Made by a program: the position numbers and the translations under genes. Below, piece by piece: positions 60,501-64,000 of a stretch of 64,000 bases of DNA. The notes under the pieces were generated by a model. That model was not told the DNA's origin and made no database searches. It saw nothing but the letters and a program-made list of their open reading frames with translations. This stretch comes from Solirubrobacterales bacterium. GTDB lineage: Bacteria > Actinomycetota > Thermoleophilia > Solirubrobacterales > 70-9. The stretch covers positions 1,484-65,483 of the forward strand of contig DATAEW010000034.1 of assembly GCA_036257815.1 (NCBI GenBank), read 5' to 3'. The first letter of the stretch is position 1. Every line of letters starts with the position of its first letter.

Positions 60501-61932
60501 GCCGCGGCACCGAGGCGACCGTGCCGATCCCGCCCGGGTTGGTGAGCGAGATGTTCGTGCCCTGGAAGTCGTCGGCGGTCAGCTTGTTCTCGCGCGTCTT
60601 CGCGATCAGCTCCTCGTAGTGAGAGTGGAAGGAGCCGAAGTCGAGGTCCTGCGCGTTCTTGATCGCCGGCACCATCAGGCTGTGCGAGCCGTCCTTGCGT
60701 TCGACGTCGACGGCGATGCCGAGGTTGACCGGGCCGTTCTCGATCGCGTAGGGCTTGCCGTCGCGCTGCTCGAATACCCGCACCATCACCGGAAACTCCC
60801 TGGTCGCCTGGACGATCGCCCAGGCGATGAGGTGGGTGAAGGAGACCTTCAGGCCGCGCTCCTTGAGCAGCGGGTTGATCGCCCTGCGCTTGGCGTCGAG
60901 GGTGTCGACGGCGATCGTCCGGAACGAGGTCGCGGTCGGGACCGCGCGGCTCTCGTCCATCGCCTTGGCCAGCATCGCGGCGGGCCCGCGCAGCTGCTTC
61001 TCCGCGCCGGCGAGGGCGGGGGCGGCCGAGGCGCCGTTGCCGGCATTGAGCACGTCCTCCTTGGTCACCTTCGATCCAGGACCGGTGCCCTGCACCGAGG
61101 TGAGATCTACACCGTTGGCGGCAGCGACCCGGCGAGCCACAGGGGTGGCGCGAACGTCGGCGGACGGGGCGCCGTTGCCGGCGGGTCCTGCCGCCGCAGG
61201 GGACCCCCCACCCCCTCCGGTAGCTAAAGCTTCCTCGGGGGTGGGCCCCCCTACGGCGTCACCCGCCGGAGACGCCGCACCAGCAGACGTTTCCATTTCC
61301 GCCAGCGGCTGACCGACCTTGACCTCGTCATCGACTTGGGCCAAGAGCTTGGTAATCAGCCCGCTCGCGGGGGCTGGTACCTCGGCATCGACCTTGTCCG
61401 TGGACACCTCGACGACGGTGTCGCCCTCGCTGACCGCATCCCCCTCAGCTACATGCCACTCCAGGACGACGCCCTCGGTCACGGACTCGCCCATCTCCGG
61501 CATCGCGATGACAAGCTTTTCGCCGGCGGTTCCGTTGCCGTCGCCGGAGCTTTCGTCGGACCCGGACGCTTCTCCCGCGGGTGGCGCGGTAGGGGGGACC
61601 CCCCCTGAGGAAGCTTTAGCTACCGGAAGGGGGGGTGGGTCCCCTGCCGCGACAGGACCCGCGGGTGATGCGCTTGGTCCTTCCCCGGCTTCCATCTCCG
61701 CCAAAGGGGCACCCACGGCAATCTCGTCATCGACCTGCGCCAGGATCCTGGTGATCACGCCGTCGGCCGGCGCCGGCACCTCGGCGTCGACCTTGTCGGT
61801 GGAAACCTCGACCACCGTGTCGCCCTCGCTGACGCTGTCGCCCTCCGCCACGTGCCACTCGAGGACGATGCCCTCGGTCACCGACTCGCCCATCCCGGGC
61901 ATCGCTATCTGCACGGTGGCCGTGTCTGGCAT
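57532..61932 (-). CDS. kgd: Fused 2-oxoglutarate dehydrogenase: two lipoyl domains, E3-binding domain, E2o acyltransferase core and E1o
   Basis: Two copies of MPxMGESVTEG.VLEWHVAEGD..VSTDKVDAEVPAP; PSBD ATPVARRVAAANGVDL; E2 core DHRVIQGAESGAFL; E1o region (RGRLSVLAH, HGDAAF, YGH..GPEHSSARIERFL). 1466 aa. Confidence 0.9.
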   Translation of the reverse strand: MPDTATVQIAMPGMGESVTEGIVLEWHVAEGDSVSEGDTVVEVSTDKVDAEVPAPADGVITRILAQVDDEIAVGAPLAEMEAGEGPSASPAGPVAAGDPPPLPVAKASSGGVPPTAPPAGEASGSDESSGDGNGTAGEKLVIAMPEMGESVTEGVVLEWHVAEGDAVSEGDTVVEVSTDKVDAEVPAPASGLITKLLAQVDDEVKVGQPLAEMETSAGAASPAGDAVGGPTPEEALATGGGGGSPAAAGPAGNGAPSADVRATPVARRVAAANGVDLTSVQGTGPGSKVTKEDVLNAGNGASAAPALAGAEKQLRGPAAMLAKAMDESRAVPTATSFRTIAVDTLDAKRRAINPLLKERGLKVSFTHLIAWAIVQATREFPVMVRVFEQRDGKPYAIENGPVNLGIAVDVERKDGSHSLMVPAIKNAQDLDFGSFHSHYEELIAKTRENKLTADDFQGTNISLTNPGGIGTVASVPRLLAGQSAIVATGSIAYPPEWAHASPDRLKQLGVSKVMTMTSTYDHRVIQGAESGAFLRRVEQLLQGEDGFYESVAADLGIDAGPVAAAHPASASAPPLGAPGASAEPSTAPGQVDEELLQAVQAATSILKAYRTHGHLAAQLDPLGSEPKGDPALQPENVNLTPELMSRIPASILRVGVPGETLLEALPRLRTAYCGTIGYQFEHLSSHQQRIWLREMIETGAHRQPLSGEEKKRLLDRLIDVFEFERFLERAYLGQKMFSIEGLDVIVPMLDELVTLAHRAGAEEVVFGMAHRGRLSVLAHNLGRSVQSILAEFEGSKRLEAVKAVAAIPHGGTGDVKYHYGHRGIYETSEGEKISVRLYPNPSHLEFVDPVVTGGARYLQSEFDGPTINQDTARAVPVLLHGDAAFPAQGVVAETFNLQALKGYTTGGTVHIIQNNQVGFTTDPDEARSTPFAADMAKGYNVPIVHVNADDVEACSAAIRLAMAYRERWGRDIVIDVIGYRRFGHNETDEPAYTQPTMAAKIKAHRPVSEIYAEQLMKEGTVSAEAAGQAGERRREEMAAALKELRRKMEAGEYEDPTVTGATTSTGELLDRTASPPVDTAVPAARLRGLNGELLRTPEGFNVHRKLRRPLARRTETLEQGGIDFGHAEALAFGSLLTEGVHIRLTGQDTERGTFSHRHLVLHDENTGLEYTPMQHLQDASAPFELYNSPLSETACLGFEYGYSTATPNALVLWEAQFGDFANAAQVIIDSFIVSGESKWGQSSRLTLLLPHGYEGSGPEHSSARIERFLALGAEGNVRIAYPTTAAQYFHLLRRQALIRKPRPLIVFTPKGLLRLDRATADIEQLTGEHFHFILDDTRTAARREKVERLVLCTGKVYFDIDASERREAAENVAIARVEMLYPFAKEQLQGVIASYPNLKEIAWVQEEPRNMGAWKVMSRRLPDVLPEGVALTYIGRPGRASTGEGYSGAHAREQERIILTALTPGA
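61183..61262. repeat. 80-nt palindromic element inside kgd (linker after lipoyl domain 2)
   Basis: Reverse complement of 61581-61660 (70/80 identical by ungapped hand count). Internally palindromic G/C runs flank ccggtagctaaagcttcctc. Confidence 0.8.
61581..61660. repeat. 80-nt palindromic element inside kgd (linker after lipoyl domain 1), opposite orientation
   Basis: See 61183-61262. Centre reads gaggaagctttagctaccgga on the plus strand. Confidence 0.8.
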
Positions 61933-61992
61933 CTCTTCCCCTCAGTCTATGAAACCGGGCGTATCGGCAAGGTGCCAGGTACCCTGCTGTGG

Positions 61993-63984
61993 GTGAGCTT
62001 TTTCGTCACCGGAGCAACCGGGTTCATCGGCCGCAATCTGGTCGAGCGGCTGCTCCAGCGCGAGGGCACGATCTACGCCCTGGTCAGGGCCGGTTCGCGG
62101 GGTCGCCTGGAGGAGCTGCGGACGAGCTGGGGGGCGGACGGAGCGCGGATCGTCCCGGTCGCCGGCGACCTCACCCAGCCCGGGCTGGCGGTCGCCGAGG
62201 AGGACCTGGTGGCGATGCGGGGACAGATCGACCACTTCTTCCACCTGGCGGCGATCTACGACATCACCGCCGGCGCCGACGTGCAGCAGGTCGCCAACGT
62301 CGAGGGCACGCGCCACGCGCTCGAGCTCGCCGGCGCGCTCGACGCCGGCTGCTTCCACCACGTCAGCTCGATCGCCGTCGCCGGCCTCTACCGAGGTGTC
62401 TGGCGCGAGGAGATGTTCGATGAGGCCGAGCGGCTGGACAACAACCCCTACTTCCGCACCAAGCACGAGGCGGAGCGGCTGGTCCGCGAGGAGTCGCCCC
62501 GGCCCTGGCGCGTCTACCGGCCGGGGATCGTGGTCGGGGACTCGCGCACCGGCCATATCGACAAGGTCGACGGGCCCTACTACTTCTTCAAGGCCCTGCA
62601 ACGGGCGCGCCGGGTGCTCCCGTCCTGGCTGCCGACCGTCGGCATCGAGGGCGGCGAGATCAACATCGTCCCGGTCGACTACGTCGCCTCGGCGATCGAC
62701 CACATCGCCCACGAGCCGGGGCTCGACAGCCGCGCCTTCCATCTCACCGATCCCCAGCCGAAGACCGCCGGCGAGGTGATCAACCTCTTCGCCAAGGCGG
62801 CCGACGCGCCGCAGATGGCGCTGCGGCTGGACACCGACGTGACCGAGCCGGCGACCGGGGCGGTGCGGACGGCGCTGCGGCTCTTCCCGCCCGGCAAGGC
62901 GGTGGTCAAGCGGGTGCTCGCCGAGCTCGGCCTGCCGGCCTCCGTGCTCACCTACGTCGATTACCCGACCAGCTTCGACTCCAGCGGCGCCCAGGCGGCG
63001 CTGGCGGGGTCGGGGATCGAGGTGCCGCCGCTGGAGACCTACGCGGCCCGGATCTGGGACTACTGGGAGCGCAACCTCGACCCCGACCTGTTCAAGGACC
63101 GTTCGCTGGCGGCCGCGGTGCGCGGCAAGGTGGTGTTGATCACCGGCGCCTCTTCGGGAATCGGCAAGGCGACCGCGGTCAAGGTGGCCGACGCGGGGGC
63201 GACCGTCCTCCTCGTCGCCCGCTCCCTGGACAAGCTCGAGGAGACGAAGGAGGAGATCCTCGCCGCCGGCGGCACCGCGCACATCCACCAGTGCGACATG
63301 TCCGACGTGCAGGACATCGAGCGGATGGCCGAGGAGGTGCTCGCCTACCACGGCCACGTCGACATCCTGGTCAACAACGCCGGCCGCTCGATCCGCCGCT
63401 CGATCGCCCTCTCCTACGACCGCTTCCACGACTTCGAGCGGACGATCCAGCTCAACTACCTGGGCTCCTTGCGGCTGATCCTGGCGCTGCTGCCGACGAT
63501 GCGGGCGCGCAAGTCGGGCCACATCGTCAACGTCAGCTCGATCGGAACCCAGACCAACCCGCCGCGTTTCTCCGCCTACGTCGCCTCGAAGGCGGCGCTC
63601 GACGCCTTCAGCCGGGTCATCGCCTCGGAGGTGGTCGACGACGGCGTCCACCTGACGACGATCCACATGCCGCTGGTGCGGACGCCGATGATCGCCCCGA
63701 CGCGGATGTACGACATGTTCCCGGCGATCACCCCCGAGGAGGCGGCGGAGATGATCGCCAAGGCGATGGTCGGCCGGCCGAAGAAGGTCGCGACCCGCCT
63801 CGGCAACTTCGGCGAGCTGCTCTACGCGGTCGCCCCGAAGGCCAGCGATTCGATCCTCAACACGGCCTACAAGCTCTTCCCCGATTCCCAGGCGGCGAAA
63901 GGCAAGGGCGAGGAGGCGCGGGACAAGGCGCCGTCCACCGAGGCCGTCGCCTTTGCGCACCTGATGAAAGGGGTTCACTGGTAG
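61993..63984 (+). CDS. Two-domain fatty acyl-CoA reductase-like protein (NAD-binding thioester-reductase domain plus SDR domain)
   Basis: VSFFVTGATGFIGRNLVERLL at GTG 61993; second Rossmann VVLITGASSGIGKATA with YVASKAA. Architecture resembles mycobacterial AcrA1-type reductases (from memory). Confidence 0.8.
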   Translation: MSFFVTGATGFIGRNLVERLLQREGTIYALVRAGSRGRLEELRTSWGADGARIVPVAGDLTQPGLAVAEEDLVAMRGQIDHFFHLAAIYDITAGADVQQVANVEGTRHALELAGALDAGCFHHVSSIAVAGLYRGVWREEMFDEAERLDNNPYFRTKHEAERLVREESPRPWRVYRPGIVVGDSRTGHIDKVDGPYYFFKALQRARRVLPSWLPTVGIEGGEINIVPVDYVASAIDHIAHEPGLDSRAFHLTDPQPKTAGEVINLFAKAADAPQMALRLDTDVTEPATGAVRTALRLFPPGKAVVKRVLAELGLPASVLTYVDYPTSFDSSGAQAALAGSGIEVPPLETYAARIWDYWERNLDPDLFKDRSLAAAVRGKVVLITGASSGIGKATAVKVADAGATVLLVARSLDKLEETKEEILAAGGTAHIHQCDMSDVQDIERMAEEVLAYHGHVDILVNNAGRSIRRSIALSYDRFHDFERTIQLNYLGSLRLILALLPTMRARKSGHIVNVSSIGTQTNPPRFSAYVASKAALDAFSRVIASEVVDDGVHLTTIHMPLVRTPMIAPTRMYDMFPAITPEEAAEMIAKAMVGRPKKVATRLGNFGELLYAVAPKASDSILNTAYKLFPDSQAAKGKGEEARDKAPSTEAVAFAHLMKGVHW

Positions 63985-64000
63985 CGGCGGACGGGCGGCA

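Overview
High-GC (roughly 70% by eye) Actinomycetota-type chromosomal segment, densely coding, with about 50 CDS on both strands. Most of it is housekeeping and central metabolism. Polyamine/guanidino catabolism: a 5'-truncated ureohydrolase, a C-N hydrolase and an APC permease. Translation and redox: ychF, ileS, trxA. TCA and propionate metabolism: class II fumarase, aconitase, a fused E2o-E1o 2-oxoglutarate dehydrogenase (Kgd/OdhA type), the methylmalonyl-CoA mutase catalytic subunit and an acyl-CoA carboxyltransferase. Also present: benzoylformate decarboxylase-like and FAD/Fe-S oxidase genes, PolX, an AddB/AdnA-like helicase-nuclease, otsB, a PAC2 protein, a potABCD-like ABC importer, several secreted cell-wall enzymes (SpoIID-like, M15-like, C40-like), and an ECF sigma/anti-sigma fusion coupled to a large secreted protein. 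I found no rRNA, tRNA, CRISPR array, transposase, integrase or phage genes. I recognise one cis-regulatory RNA with confidence: a c-di-AMP (ydaO-type) riboswitch in front of the C40-like peptidase. The unusual content is not a gene cluster but at least four families of palindromic repeat elements. (1) An 80-nt element sits in frame, in both orientations, in the two lipoyl-domain linkers of kgd. (2) Hairpin elements of about 210-225 nt have a conserved core but unrelated long arms. One arm is an inverted copy of a gene's 3' end; another abuts an ABC ATPase gene that has no canonical start codon. (3) A TTCAGCG-NN-CGCTGAA double-palindrome element occurs at convergent gene ends. (4) A TTTGTAACCC-N3-GGGTTACAAA hairpin family. 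A 662-aa orphan protein with four tandem beta-domain repeats and a C-terminal hydrophobic region is also worth follow-up. All calls come from reading the sequence and ORF translations by eye; no searches were run.
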